The notes: generated from the sequence alone by a model not told the origin. Positions 51,473 through 60,071 are shown, counted from the stretch's first letter. The stretch is 64,000 bases of DNA from Chloroflexota bacterium (GCA_020850535.1 JADZEM010000187.1:151840-215839); one strand, 5' to 3'. Numbers and translations: made by a program.

Positions 51473-52432
51473 ATGCTCGTCTTGATCGCGGACCCCGAAC
51501 CCTCGGCGCGCGCTGCCCTCCGCGCTGCGCTCGACCGCTTCGGCTACCGCTGCCAGGAGGTCGCAGACGGCGCGACCGCCTGGACCCACCTTGCCGACGG
51601 CTCGCCGGATGTGGTGCTGGTGTCCGCCGACCTCGCAGACGTGAGCATCCTGGAGCTGGCGACTCGCCTGCGCGCGCTCAAGCGCACCCCGGCCCCGTAC
51701 TTCGTCGCCCTGGTCAACGCGGACGATCCCGAGATGCTCCTCAGGGCGATGGGCAGCGGCGCAGACGACTTCCTGGCCCGCCCGTTTCACGACGAGCAGT
51801 TGCACGCCCGGATTCAGGTGGCAGAACGACTCCTGCTCCTGACGCGCCGGCTGCTGGATCAGGAGACGCAGCTCGAGCGCGCCCGCTACGCGCTGCGGGC
51901 GAGCGCGCGCACGGACGCGCTCACCAACCTCTGGAACCGCGTCCAGCTCACGGACGACCTGGAGCTGTTCCAGGGCCAGCTGCAGCGGTACGGCCACCGC
52001 TACGCCGCGATGCTCGTCAACCTCGACCGTTTCCGCGCCTACAACGAGGCGAACGGCCAGCTTGCCGGCGATGAGGTGCTGCGACTCATCGCGCAGACCG
52101 TCTCCGAGACGCTCAGGACCGGCGACCGCGCCTATCGCTACGCTGGCGACGAGATCGTGGTGCTGCTCCCGGAGCAGACGGCAGAGTCAGCCTGCATCGC
52201 CGCCGAGCGCATCCGCTCCGCCATCGAGCAGCTTCAGTTGCCCCACCAGGGAAATCAGCCCGCCGGCGTGGTCACGGTCAGCGCCGGCGTGGGCGCATTC
52301 CAGGCAGAGGGCACGCTCACATATGACGCGCTGCTCGGGTGGACCGAAGCGGCGCTGTTGCGGGCGCAGGCGAACGGCGGCAACCGCGTCGAGCTGAGCG
52401 ACCCGGCGACTGACGCCGCCGCGACGCCATAG
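51473..52432 (+). CDS. response regulator with REC domain and GGDEF-type diguanylate cyclase domain (variant AGDEI active-site motif)
   Basis: N-terminal receiver fold (DVVLVSADL...). C-terminal GGDEF fold with RYAGDEIVVLL in place of GG(D/E)EF, and an RxxD-like I-site context. Confidence 0.8.
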   Translation: MLVLIADPEPSARAALRAALDRFGYRCQEVADGATAWTHLADGSPDVVLVSADLADVSILELATRLRALKRTPAPYFVALVNADDPEMLLRAMGSGADDFLARPFHDEQLHARIQVAERLLLLTRRLLDQETQLERARYALRASARTDALTNLWNRVQLTDDLELFQGQLQRYGHRYAAMLVNLDRFRAYNEANGQLAGDEVLRLIAQTVSETLRTGDRAYRYAGDEIVVLLPEQTAESACIAAERIRSAIEQLQLPHQGNQPAGVVTVSAGVGAFQAEGTLTYDALLGWTEAALLRAQANGGNRVELSDPATDAAATP

Positions 52433-52451
52433 CCGCTGCCGCCGGCCGGAT

Positions 52452-52479
52452 GCCCTCACCCCTGAGCCGGGGTGAGGGC
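52452..52479. terminator. perfect GC-rich hairpin between convergent genes (gccctcacccc-tgagcc-ggggtgagggc)
   Basis: 11-bp perfect stem with a 6-nt loop, between the GGDEF stop (52432) and the dehydratase stop (52489). Confidence 0.5.
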
Positions 52480-52488
52480 ACGGCGCTT

Positions 52489-53697
52489 CTAGCTCGCGCG
52501 CGTGATCCGGACGTTTGCGTCGGCGCGCGAGATCAGGTCAGGCAGGAGCTTCGTGCCGAGTCCCGGGCCTTCCAACGGACGGATCGTACCATCGACCACC
52601 GGCGGCAGCTCGGTGACAAGGTTCGGGTAGACGCCGTGCAGGTACGCCCGCACCACCTCCTGGATGAAGACGTTCGGCACGGCGTAGTCGAGGTGAACGG
52701 CCGCCACCAGGGTGATCGGGCCGACGCAGTCGTGCGGCGCGATCGGCAACTGGTACGCCTCAGCCATCGTGGCGATCTTCCGCGCCTCGGACAAGCCGCC
52801 GACCCAGCCGATATCGAACATCACCACCGACAGCGCGCCCTTCTCGAACGCCTCGCGGAACTGCCACCGCGTGGACATCGTCTCGGAGGCCGTCGTCGGG
52901 ATGCGCGTGCTCTGGCGGAACTGGAGCAAGGCGTCCAGATTGTCCATGCGGACCGGGTCCTCAAACCAGAGCGGATCGTACTGCTCGACCGCCCGAGCGA
53001 TGCGCTGCGCGGCCGGCAGCCCGAACACCGAGTGCATCTCCAGCGCGATCTCGATCTTGTTGCCGACGGCCTTGCGGATCTTCTCGAACGGCTCGCAGCC
53101 CTTCACGATGTCTTCGGCTGAGATCTGGTGGCCGTTCGTGGCCGGCCCGAACTGATCGAACGGCCAGATCTTCATGGCCCGATACCCCTCGGAGAGGAGA
53201 TCGTGCGCCAGTTCGTCGGCCCGGTTCAGGAAGGCGTCGAGATCCTCGTACGGTCCCTCGCTGCGGCCATCCACGTAGTTAGCCGTCGAGCCGGCCGGCT
53301 TCTTTCCACCGTAGCGATAGCCAGCGCAGGTGTTGTAGACCCGCAGCGACTCGCGCGTCGGCCCGCCCATCAGCCGGTAGAGCGGCAAGTTCATGGCCTG
53401 GCCCGCGATGTCCCAGAGGGCCACGTCGATGCCCGAAAGCCCGCGCATCTCGGCGCTTCGCATCGAGAGCCCGCCGCGCACGGTGCTGGCGAACAGGCTG
53501 CTCCAGAGCGCCTCGATGGCGAGCGGATCCTTGCCGAGCAGGAACGGCGCGGCCACCTCGTGGACGTAGGTCTGGACGGACGCGGACCCGAAGAACGTAT
53601 CGCCCAGCCCGATCAGCCCCTCGTCGGTGTGAATCCGCACAAACGTGATCTGCGGATAGGCTTCGATATTGACGGTTTCGAGTGCAGTGATCTTCAC
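52489..53697 (-). CDS. enolase-superfamily (mandelate racemase/muconate lactonizing enzyme family) sugar-acid dehydratase
   Basis: MR/MLE N-terminal capping domain and barrel with KxK...D...E...D metal-ligand pattern (e.g. ...EDPV...). D-galactonate/L-fuconate dehydratase-like length of 402 aa. Confidence 0.8.
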   Translation of the reverse strand: MKITALETVNIEAYPQITFVRIHTDEGLIGLGDTFFGSASVQTYVHEVAAPFLLGKDPLAIEALWSSLFASTVRGGLSMRSAEMRGLSGIDVALWDIAGQAMNLPLYRLMGGPTRESLRVYNTCAGYRYGGKKPAGSTANYVDGRSEGPYEDLDAFLNRADELAHDLLSEGYRAMKIWPFDQFGPATNGHQISAEDIVKGCEPFEKIRKAVGNKIEIALEMHSVFGLPAAQRIARAVEQYDPLWFEDPVRMDNLDALLQFRQSTRIPTTASETMSTRWQFREAFEKGALSVVMFDIGWVGGLSEARKIATMAEAYQLPIAPHDCVGPITLVAAVHLDYAVPNVFIQEVVRAYLHGVYPNLVTELPPVVDGTIRPLEGPGLGTKLLPDLISRADANVRITRAS

Positions 53698-53774
53698 CAG
53701 TGTTCTCCCTTGGTCTGGTGGGTGGCGTCGGCCGACCGCCGCCCGTCCGGCCGACGCCTGCGAGTCGCGCTCAC

Positions 53775-54653
53775 CTACTCCACGCCGAAGATCGCAGCCG
53801 CATTTCGGTAGAAGATTTTGTCCTGATCGTCCGCCGACATGCCCATCGCGTTGAAGGCATCCATCCAGGCCGTCAACTCACGGCTCATGTGGGTGACGTC
53901 GCAGTCCGAGCCCCAGACGAGCTTCTCGGGCAGGATCTCCTTGTAGATCATCTGGCGGTCGAGGATGTGACGTCGCACGACCGCACCGCCAGAGATGTCG
54001 AACGTCACGTTGCGCCGCCAGCGAGCGACGGCTGCCGCGCTGTCGTACAACCCGTAGCCCAGGTGCGCCCCGATGATCCTGAGCTTCGGGAAGGCGATCC
54101 CGATGGTGTCGAGGAAGATCGGCTGCATGCGGGCCGCGCCCTTGGTCGAGCCGCGCCCGCGCTCCTCGTGCTCGGCGGCTGTCCGCGCGGCCAGATCCTC
54201 GTCGCGGGGGTGAAACAGCAGGAAGTCGATGGGGCCGCCACGAATCCCCGTGTGGAAGAGGATCGGCATGCCCAGCTCTTCGCAGCGCTCGTACAGCGGG
54301 TAGTACGACTCGTGGTCGTAGTCGAAGCTGGGGCCGGTGATCTTCAGCCCTTTGAAGCCTCGGCCATGCAGCCGCGAGATCTGATCCGGTCCGTCTTCGT
54401 CCAGCCAGACCTGGGCCAGCGGGATGAACAGGTCGGGATGTGCCCGGTGCGCGTCGAGCGTGGTCTCCCAGTCATCGTCGCCCTTCCGCCCGAGCAGCGC
54501 CACCTTGCGGATGTTCAGCCTGCGGCAGGCGTAGGCCAGCATCTCACGATGGAACTCGGTGGACTGGTTTGCCGGGCCGCCGGGGCGCGGTCCGTAGTGG
54601 ACGTGAACGTCAAAGACGCGCGGCGGCGCGTCCTTCAGGTACTCCTCGGGCAT
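53775..54653 (-). CDS. amidohydrolase-2 family metal-dependent hydrolase (candidate sugar lactonase)
   Basis: FDVHVHYGP metal-binding HxH start, TIM-barrel amidohydrolase_2 pattern. ATG 54653 preceded by GAGGAGAGAGG; the upstream part of the track ORF is rejected. Confidence 0.75.
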   Translation of the reverse strand: MPEEYLKDAPPRVFDVHVHYGPRPGGPANQSTEFHREMLAYACRRLNIRKVALLGRKGDDDWETTLDAHRAHPDLFIPLAQVWLDEDGPDQISRLHGRGFKGLKITGPSFDYDHESYYPLYERCEELGMPILFHTGIRGGPIDFLLFHPRDEDLAARTAAEHEERGRGSTKGAARMQPIFLDTIGIAFPKLRIIGAHLGYGLYDSAAAVARWRRNVTFDISGGAVVRRHILDRQMIYKEILPEKLVWGSDCDVTHMSRELTAWMDAFNAMGMSADDQDKIFYRNAAAIFGVE

Positions 54654-54675
54654 CGGCACCTCTCTCCTCAGGGGT

Positions 54676-54752
54676 CGTGGATCGTCGGTCGTAGATCGTG
54701 GGCGCTGGAAGCATACCCCTCCCCACGATCTACGATCCTCGACCCACGATCC
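54676..54752. repeat. long imperfect inverted repeat (about 16-bp perfect core gatcgtagatcgtggg) between the SDR and amidohydrolase genes
   Basis: cgtggatcgtcggtcgtagatcgtggg ... cccacgatctacgatcctcgacccacgatcc. Not followed by a U-tract. Confidence 0.5.
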
Positions 54753-54754
54753 GC

Positions 54755-55585
54755 TCACAGGGCACTGGTCGCGAGCCAGCCGCCGTCGACGAAGATCGTC
54801 TGTCCCGTCACGTAGCTGGCGAGATCCGACAGCAGGAACGCTACCACCCGCCCGACCTCCTCCGGCTCGCCCCAACGCCCGAGCGGCGTCCGTCTGTTCA
54901 CGCCATCCACGCTGAAGACTCCCTGGCGAACCATCGACTCGGCCTGTTCGGTGCGGATGAAGGCCGGCCCTACGGCATTGACGCGAATGCCGCGCGCCGC
55001 CCACTCAACGGCAAGGCTGGTGGTCAGCCCGATCACCCCGGCGCGGCTGGCCGTGTACGACGCCCGGCCGGGCAGGCTGACCACCCCCATCACCGAGGTG
55101 GTGTTGACGACGGCGCCCGGCCGACCCTCGGCCAGCAGCCGCCGGCTGAACTCGCGGCAGCAGAGAAACGTGCCTTTGAGCGCCACGTCCGACACGTGGT
55201 CCCAGTCTGAGACGCCCAGGCTCTCCGTCGCGCCGATCCGCCGATTGCCGGCGCAGTTCACCAGCAGGTCGGGCGTCCCGTAGCGGTCAGTGGCAGCGTC
55301 GAATAGCCGTGCGATGCTCGCTTCGTCGGTGACGTCCACGTCCCAGGCGAACGCCTCGCCGCCCAGCGCCACGATCTGGTCGACGGTCTCCTGGCAGGCC
55401 TCACGTCGCCGCTGCGCCGCCACCACCCGGCCGCCCGCCTCCGCGATACACCGCGCGATGCCCCGGCCGATCCCCGCTCCGCCACCCGTCACGACCGCCA
55501 CGCGGCCCGTCAGATCGATCTGCACGCACCCTCCCGCGCCGCATCGTAGCGCCGACCCCGGCTGTCTGTCCATCTGGGCGGGCAT
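54755..55585 (-). CDS. SDR-family NAD(P)-dependent oxidoreductase (candidate sugar 1-dehydrogenase)
   Basis: TGGGAGIG Rossmann motif, NCAG, YTASRAG (YxxxK equivalent). ATG 55585 chosen; the track N-terminal extension is rejected. Confidence 0.8.
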   Translation of the reverse strand: MPAQMDRQPGSALRCGAGGCVQIDLTGRVAVVTGGGAGIGRGIARCIAEAGGRVVAAQRRREACQETVDQIVALGGEAFAWDVDVTDEASIARLFDAATDRYGTPDLLVNCAGNRRIGATESLGVSDWDHVSDVALKGTFLCCREFSRRLLAEGRPGAVVNTTSVMGVVSLPGRASYTASRAGVIGLTTSLAVEWAARGIRVNAVGPAFIRTEQAESMVRQGVFSVDGVNRRTPLGRWGEPEEVGRVVAFLLSDLASYVTGQTIFVDGGWLATSAL

Positions 55586-55680
55586 CGCCGCCTCTGCTAC
55601 GATGAGAGCGACGTATTCGCAGATGGTGTCGCGATCTGCCGTCGCGCAGATCCGAACAGAACCAAGAGGGACGCCGACCG

Positions 55681-55917
55681 ATGACTGCTGCCCCACGCCG
55701 GACGGTCCTGGTGACCGGCGCTACTGGCTACATCGCTTCCCAGATGCTCCCGACCTTCCGCGAGCGCTACGACGTTCGCCTGATCGACGTGCGCGACACC
55801 GATCGCGCGGGCAATCCCGTTCAGGGCGCACAGGTCGTCGATCTGCTGCACGTCGGCAAGATGGACATGGTCGATCCCGACCTGACGCCGTCGAAGTCGG
55901 ACAGCTTCTACGGCTGA
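55681..55917 (+). pseudogene. internally deleted, truncated paralog fragment of the adjacent NAD-dependent epimerase/dehydratase gene
   Basis: Residues 8-50 are about 80% identical to residues 8-50 of the 56099-56986 product, and the last 24 aa match its residues 137-160. About 85 codons are missing in between and everything after is lost. Confidence 0.6.
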
Positions 55918-56098
55918 CCTATGTAGTTAACCCCTACGAAACGAGTTTCTGAATTGGAACCTTCCGAGACCAGTCTGTTCACTAGCGCAAGCTCGATCAG
56001 AGGGCTGCCGCTCGGATACTATCGAAACAGGTCATCTTGAACTTTCTGGCCGCCGGAATCGTGAAACTGGTCGCTCCGGGGCCAATCGGAGCCAACCA

Positions 56099-56986
56099 AT
56101 GTCCGGAGCCAAGCCGACCGTCCTTGTGACGGGCGCAACGGGGTACATCGCCTCCCAGATGCTGCCGACCTTTCGCGAACGGTACGACCTGCGCCTGATC
56201 GACATGAGGGACACCGACCGAGATGGCAACCGGGTGGAGGATGCCCAGGTCGCGAGCATGCTGGACGGCCCCGACGAGGAGATCCGACCGCTTTTCACGG
56301 GCGCAGACGCCGTCGTGCATCTTGCCTACCACCGTGGATCTCTTGGTACTGGGCCGAGCGGGGACGGGCGTGACTTCGAAGATGAAGAGCCCAACGTCGC
56401 GATGGCGAACCGAGTCTACCGGCTCGCGCTTCAAGAGGGCGTGCGCCGCGTTGTGGTCGCCAGCTCCAATCATGCCGCCGACTGGTATGAGGAGCTGCTG
56501 CACATTGGGAAGATGGACATGGTCGATCCCGACCGCACGCCTCCTCGCTCCGACAATTTCTATGGTTGGAGCAAATTGGCATATGAAAGTCTCGGGTTCT
56601 TGTACGCGAGCGGCTCTCGCGGTCGAAAGTTGGGGAATGTCCAGATCCGGATTGGCGCGCCGCGCCCGATTGTCGCCGCCCGGTTCTTTCCGAATGGCCC
56701 GACTGGCGACGGGGCGAATCCTACGGGCTATAAGCGTGACCTCGGTGCCTACATTAGCCCTCGCGACCTGACTCAGCTTTTCGTCAAGTCAATTGAGACG
56801 CCGAGCATTGAGGATGAGTACGGTATTCCGTTCCAGGTCTTCTACGGGATCTCCGGCAACGCCCGCGCCTTCTGGAGCATCGTCAACGCCCACAGGGTGA
56901 TCGGCTACGCGCCCCAGGACGATGCCGAGCTCAAGTTCTCGGACGACATCCGAGCATACCTCGTGGAGCCAGCAGCCGGCCGGTAA
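56099..56986 (+). CDS. NAD(P)-dependent epimerase/dehydratase family protein (extended SDR)
   Basis: VTGATGYIASQ Rossmann motif and YGWSK (YxxxK). Preceded by an AT-rich 180-bp region; the 3' half of the gene has lower GC than its surroundings. Confidence 0.8.
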   Translation: MSGAKPTVLVTGATGYIASQMLPTFRERYDLRLIDMRDTDRDGNRVEDAQVASMLDGPDEEIRPLFTGADAVVHLAYHRGSLGTGPSGDGRDFEDEEPNVAMANRVYRLALQEGVRRVVVASSNHAADWYEELLHIGKMDMVDPDRTPPRSDNFYGWSKLAYESLGFLYASGSRGRKLGNVQIRIGAPRPIVAARFFPNGPTGDGANPTGYKRDLGAYISPRDLTQLFVKSIETPSIEDEYGIPFQVFYGISGNARAFWSIVNAHRVIGYAPQDDAELKFSDDIRAYLVEPAAGR

Positions 56987-57000
56987 CCCTTCGACGGAGA

Positions 57001-57217
57001 CAGGGCGATTGCATGACAAGCACGTCCTGCGACCTCGTCGGGGGCTGAAGTCCCCGCCTGCCATCATGCTGTCGCTCTGCGACGCTCCTGTCTCACGTGG
57101 CGATGGTTGATCCGGTCCTTCGTCGCGCAGCGACTGAATGACGGTAGGCGGGGACTTCAGTCCCTGACCGCCCGATTCACCGTCTTCAGGAACACCAGAG
57201 ATCATGCAATCGCCCTG
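57001..57217. mobile_element. MITE-like non-autonomous element: 217 bp, perfect 16-bp terminal inverted repeats CAGGGCGATTGCATGA, internal nested palindromes, flanked by 9-bp direct repeat CGACGGAGA
   Basis: TIRs at 57001-57016 and 57202-57217 are exact reverse complements. Flanking CGACGGAGA at 56992-57000 and 57219-57227 is a candidate target-site duplication. No ORF of its own. Confidence 0.55.
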
Positions 57218-57370
57218 CCGACGGAGAGACGGCCGGGCGATCGCGCTGACCGAACCGGACGGCTGCGGCGGGTTCGATCGACGAGTTGCTATCATCAGCC
57301 CCGATGCGGGAAGACCGTTCTGGTGGCGTGTGCGCCTGCCAACATCGATCGCGAGCGGGCGGACGCGCAG

Positions 57371-59572
57371 ATGGCAGCAACTGACAGCGCTCTCGGGCGT
57401 GCCCGCGCGGTGGCCATCCCGAGTCTGCGCCCGCTGACCGCCCGCGACGCCGTCTTCGCCGCCGGGCTGCTGCTGGCGCTGGCCGGAGCGGCCGTCGTGC
57501 AGACGCCCTGGCTGGCGGCCGGCGCGCTGGGCTGGGCGCTCGGCCTCCTGGTCATGGTGGCCAGCACCACCTATCGCCAGACAATCCGCGATCTGCTCGC
57601 CATCCGCATCGGCCGCCTGGAAGCCGTGAGCCTCGGCGTCGTGCTTGCCTGCGCCGCCGCCGCCCGCCTGTGGTCGCTGGCCGACCTGCCGCTCGGGATC
57701 CACATCGACGAGGCCGTGATGGGCCTGATCGCCCGGGACATCCTCCAGGGTCGAGGGCCGCACCCGTTCGGCTTCGCGTTCATCTCCGATCCCGCCCCGC
57801 TCATGTACGTCAAGGCGGCCGCAATGGCCCTCTTCGGCCAGGGGATGTTCCCGCAGCGGCTGGTGGCAGCCCTGGCCGGCATCGGGAGTGTGGCCGCGCT
57901 GTGGGTCTTCGCACGCCCACTCTTCGGGAGCGGCGTCGCGCTGCTCGCCACGACCCTCCTCGCCGTCACCGTGTCACACATCTTCTTCAGCCGCCTCGCC
58001 CTCACCATCATCGAGATCCCGTTCCTGGGACTGCTGGCTGTCGCGCTGATCTGGCGCGGCCTGCGAACGGAGCAGGTGGCCTGGCACACCCTCGGCGGCG
58101 TCGCGCTCGGCTTCGCACAGTACGCCAACTTCGGGGCGCGGGCGTTCGTGTTGGCAGTGGCCGCGCTCTATCTGGTCATGATGGCCACGCACTACCGCTC
58201 GTGGTGGCCGATCTTCCGTGGCGGCGTGCTGGCAGCCATCGGGATGCTGGCCGTGCTCGGGCCGCAGCTTGCCTATGTCCGCGACGATCCGTACCAGTTG
58301 TACGACCGGCTCCAGTTTCGGTCGGTCTTCCGGCGTTGGGATCAGGCGACCGAGATCCACCAGACCACCGACCCGGTTCGGGTGATGCTTGGACAGGCGA
58401 TCATCAACGTGCGGGCCTTCGTCGACGTGCCGGATCGCGGCACCTTCTTCGAGTTCGCCCACGAGCCCCTGCTGTACGGGCCGGTGGCGGCGCTGCTGGT
58501 AGTGGGGGTCGCCGTGGCGCTCTGGCGCGTCGGCCAGCCCCGCTACGCCTGCCTCTTCCTGATCTCCGGCGGCGTGCTGCTGGGCGGCATCATGAGCGCC
58601 GGCGCGCCGCAGTTTCACCGCCTCGTCGCGCTGACGCCGGTGGCCTGCCTGTTTGCGGCCATCGGACTGCTGACGGTGTGCCAGGGGATCGACCGCGTCA
58701 TCGGGCGATTCCGGCCCTCGCTGGTCGGCGTCGTGCCGCTGGCGATGTCGCTGCTGCTGGTCGGCGCGACAACTGCCGACACCGCCAACGCGATGCTGGT
58801 GCGCTACCCGGCCGAGCTGCCCTGGCAGCCACACTCGGCCTGGGCGCGCTGGGTGGCAGAGCAGCCAGCCGGCCGGACGGTGTATGTCGCTGGCGCACCG
58901 GAGGTGCGGGCCTGGGACGAGCGGCTGCGCTTCCTGGCGGAATCTCGCCCGCTGACCGACCTGACCAACCTCAGCGAGGCGGTCCCGGCGCTGTTGGCCG
59001 ATCCGCGGCCGGCCACCATCGCGCTCAGCCCCCGGCTGGCGGACTGGCAGCCAACCCTCGAGCAGATGATCCCCGGCGCGACGTTCGGGGCGGCGCTGGG
59101 GCCAGACGGCAAGGTCGCCATCGTCACCGTGGACGTGCCGGCCGGCCCGCGCCCGGCCGCCGAGCCGCGCGGCCTGCAAGGCGTCCTGCTGATCGACGAC
59201 AGCCAGGGCGAGGAAGAGCGCCATCGCCTCGACGCCGTGCTGGCCTTTCGCGAGGCGTCGGCCCTGACCGGCAACCGGCCGTTCGACGTGACCTGGACCG
59301 GCAGCCTGCTGGCGGACCGGGACGGGGCCTACCGCTTCGAATGTCTCACCGATGGCGTGGCCGAGTTGACGATTGACGGCAAACCCGTGCTCAGCGCAAA
59401 ACGGGCTGCCGAGCCACGGGTCGCGCGGGGCGAGGCCCGACTGACTCCCGGCCAGCACGCCGTGACGGTCACCTACAGCTACCAGCGCGGCCCCGGCACG
59501 TTCGAGCTGCGCTGGCAGCCGCCGGACGGCGCGCGCACGCTCATCCCGCCATCGGCGTTTCGGCCGGAGTAG
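57371..59572 (+). CDS. glycosyltransferase family 39 (ArnT/PMT-like) membrane protein fused to a C-terminal PA14 domain
   Basis: About 12 TM helices with the GT39 DE-like loop (IHIDEAV). C-terminal beta-rich domain with the PA14-like pattern (GAYRFECLTDGVAELTIDGKPVL...GQHAVTVTYSYQRGPGTFELRW). ATG 57371 chosen downstream of the MITE. Confidence 0.7.
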   Translation: MAATDSALGRARAVAIPSLRPLTARDAVFAAGLLLALAGAAVVQTPWLAAGALGWALGLLVMVASTTYRQTIRDLLAIRIGRLEAVSLGVVLACAAAARLWSLADLPLGIHIDEAVMGLIARDILQGRGPHPFGFAFISDPAPLMYVKAAAMALFGQGMFPQRLVAALAGIGSVAALWVFARPLFGSGVALLATTLLAVTVSHIFFSRLALTIIEIPFLGLLAVALIWRGLRTEQVAWHTLGGVALGFAQYANFGARAFVLAVAALYLVMMATHYRSWWPIFRGGVLAAIGMLAVLGPQLAYVRDDPYQLYDRLQFRSVFRRWDQATEIHQTTDPVRVMLGQAIINVRAFVDVPDRGTFFEFAHEPLLYGPVAALLVVGVAVALWRVGQPRYACLFLISGGVLLGGIMSAGAPQFHRLVALTPVACLFAAIGLLTVCQGIDRVIGRFRPSLVGVVPLAMSLLLVGATTADTANAMLVRYPAELPWQPHSAWARWVAEQPAGRTVYVAGAPEVRAWDERLRFLAESRPLTDLTNLSEAVPALLADPRPATIALSPRLADWQPTLEQMIPGATFGAALGPDGKVAIVTVDVPAGPRPAAEPRGLQGVLLIDDSQGEEERHRLDAVLAFREASALTGNRPFDVTWTGSLLADRDGAYRFECLTDGVAELTIDGKPVLSAKRAAEPRVARGEARLTPGQHAVTVTYSYQRGPGTFELRWQPPDGARTLIPPSAFRPE

Positions 59573-59650
59573 TGGCGCGCGGCCCCCAGACCGGCACGTA
59601 GACGCAATGTGGCCCGGCCGATGAGACGAGGACGGTCACAGGCGGGCCGC

Positions 59651-60064
59651 TCAGGCGTCGGGGCTGATGCCCAGCGCCGCCAACCGCTCGTCCACGAAGC
59701 GTCGGACGTCGCCGGCCACTTCCAGCGCGCGCGCCGAGTCGGTCGCTTCGTACGCATCGCCCGGGACGCCGCCGGGCAGCGTGGTAGGATAGCGCGCCCC
59801 GAGGAAGTGCTTGTCGAGCAGCACGGCCACCGTCTTGATCAGATCAAAAGACGGATCGAGCGCCAGCGCGTCCTCGCAGAGGTCGGCCAGGGCATGCCCC
59901 CAGACCCGCTCAGCCCCGCGCGCCAGCAGGTACGCGGTGACAGCTTTCTCGGCGGCCTGGTGGCTGAGGAAACAGGCCAGCGCGTGCCGGCCGCTCTCGG
60001 CCACAAAGCCCGCGTCCGCGAGATCGAGCGCCGACTGCCGGAGCCAGGCCCTGACCGGTCGCAT
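59651..60064 (-). CDS. HEPN domain protein (toxin component of a HEPN-MNT module)
   Basis: HEPN four-helix pattern with conserved Arg/His region (AERVWGHAL). Start either ATG 60064 or GTG 60091; lies immediately downstream of the MNT gene. Confidence 0.7.
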   Translation of the reverse strand: MRPVRAWLRQSALDLADAGFVAESGRHALACFLSHQAAEKAVTAYLLARGAERVWGHALADLCEDALALDPSFDLIKTVAVLLDKHFLGARYPTTLPGGVPGDAYEATDSARALEVAGDVRRFVDERLAALGISPDA

Positions 60065-60071
60065 CCTGCTG

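Noticed and set aside
54654-55004. N-terminal 117 codons of the track ORF 53775-55004, and likewise 55586-55696 of ORF 54755-55696
   Set aside because: No homology; they overlap the upstream SDR gene or intergenic hairpin. Internal ATGs with strong SD sequences (54653 and 55585) begin the conserved domains.
56922-57370. ORFs 56922-57110 and the first 88 codons of ORF 57107-59572
   Set aside because: They are encoded across the MITE-like element and its flanks. The GT39 homology begins at ATG 57371.
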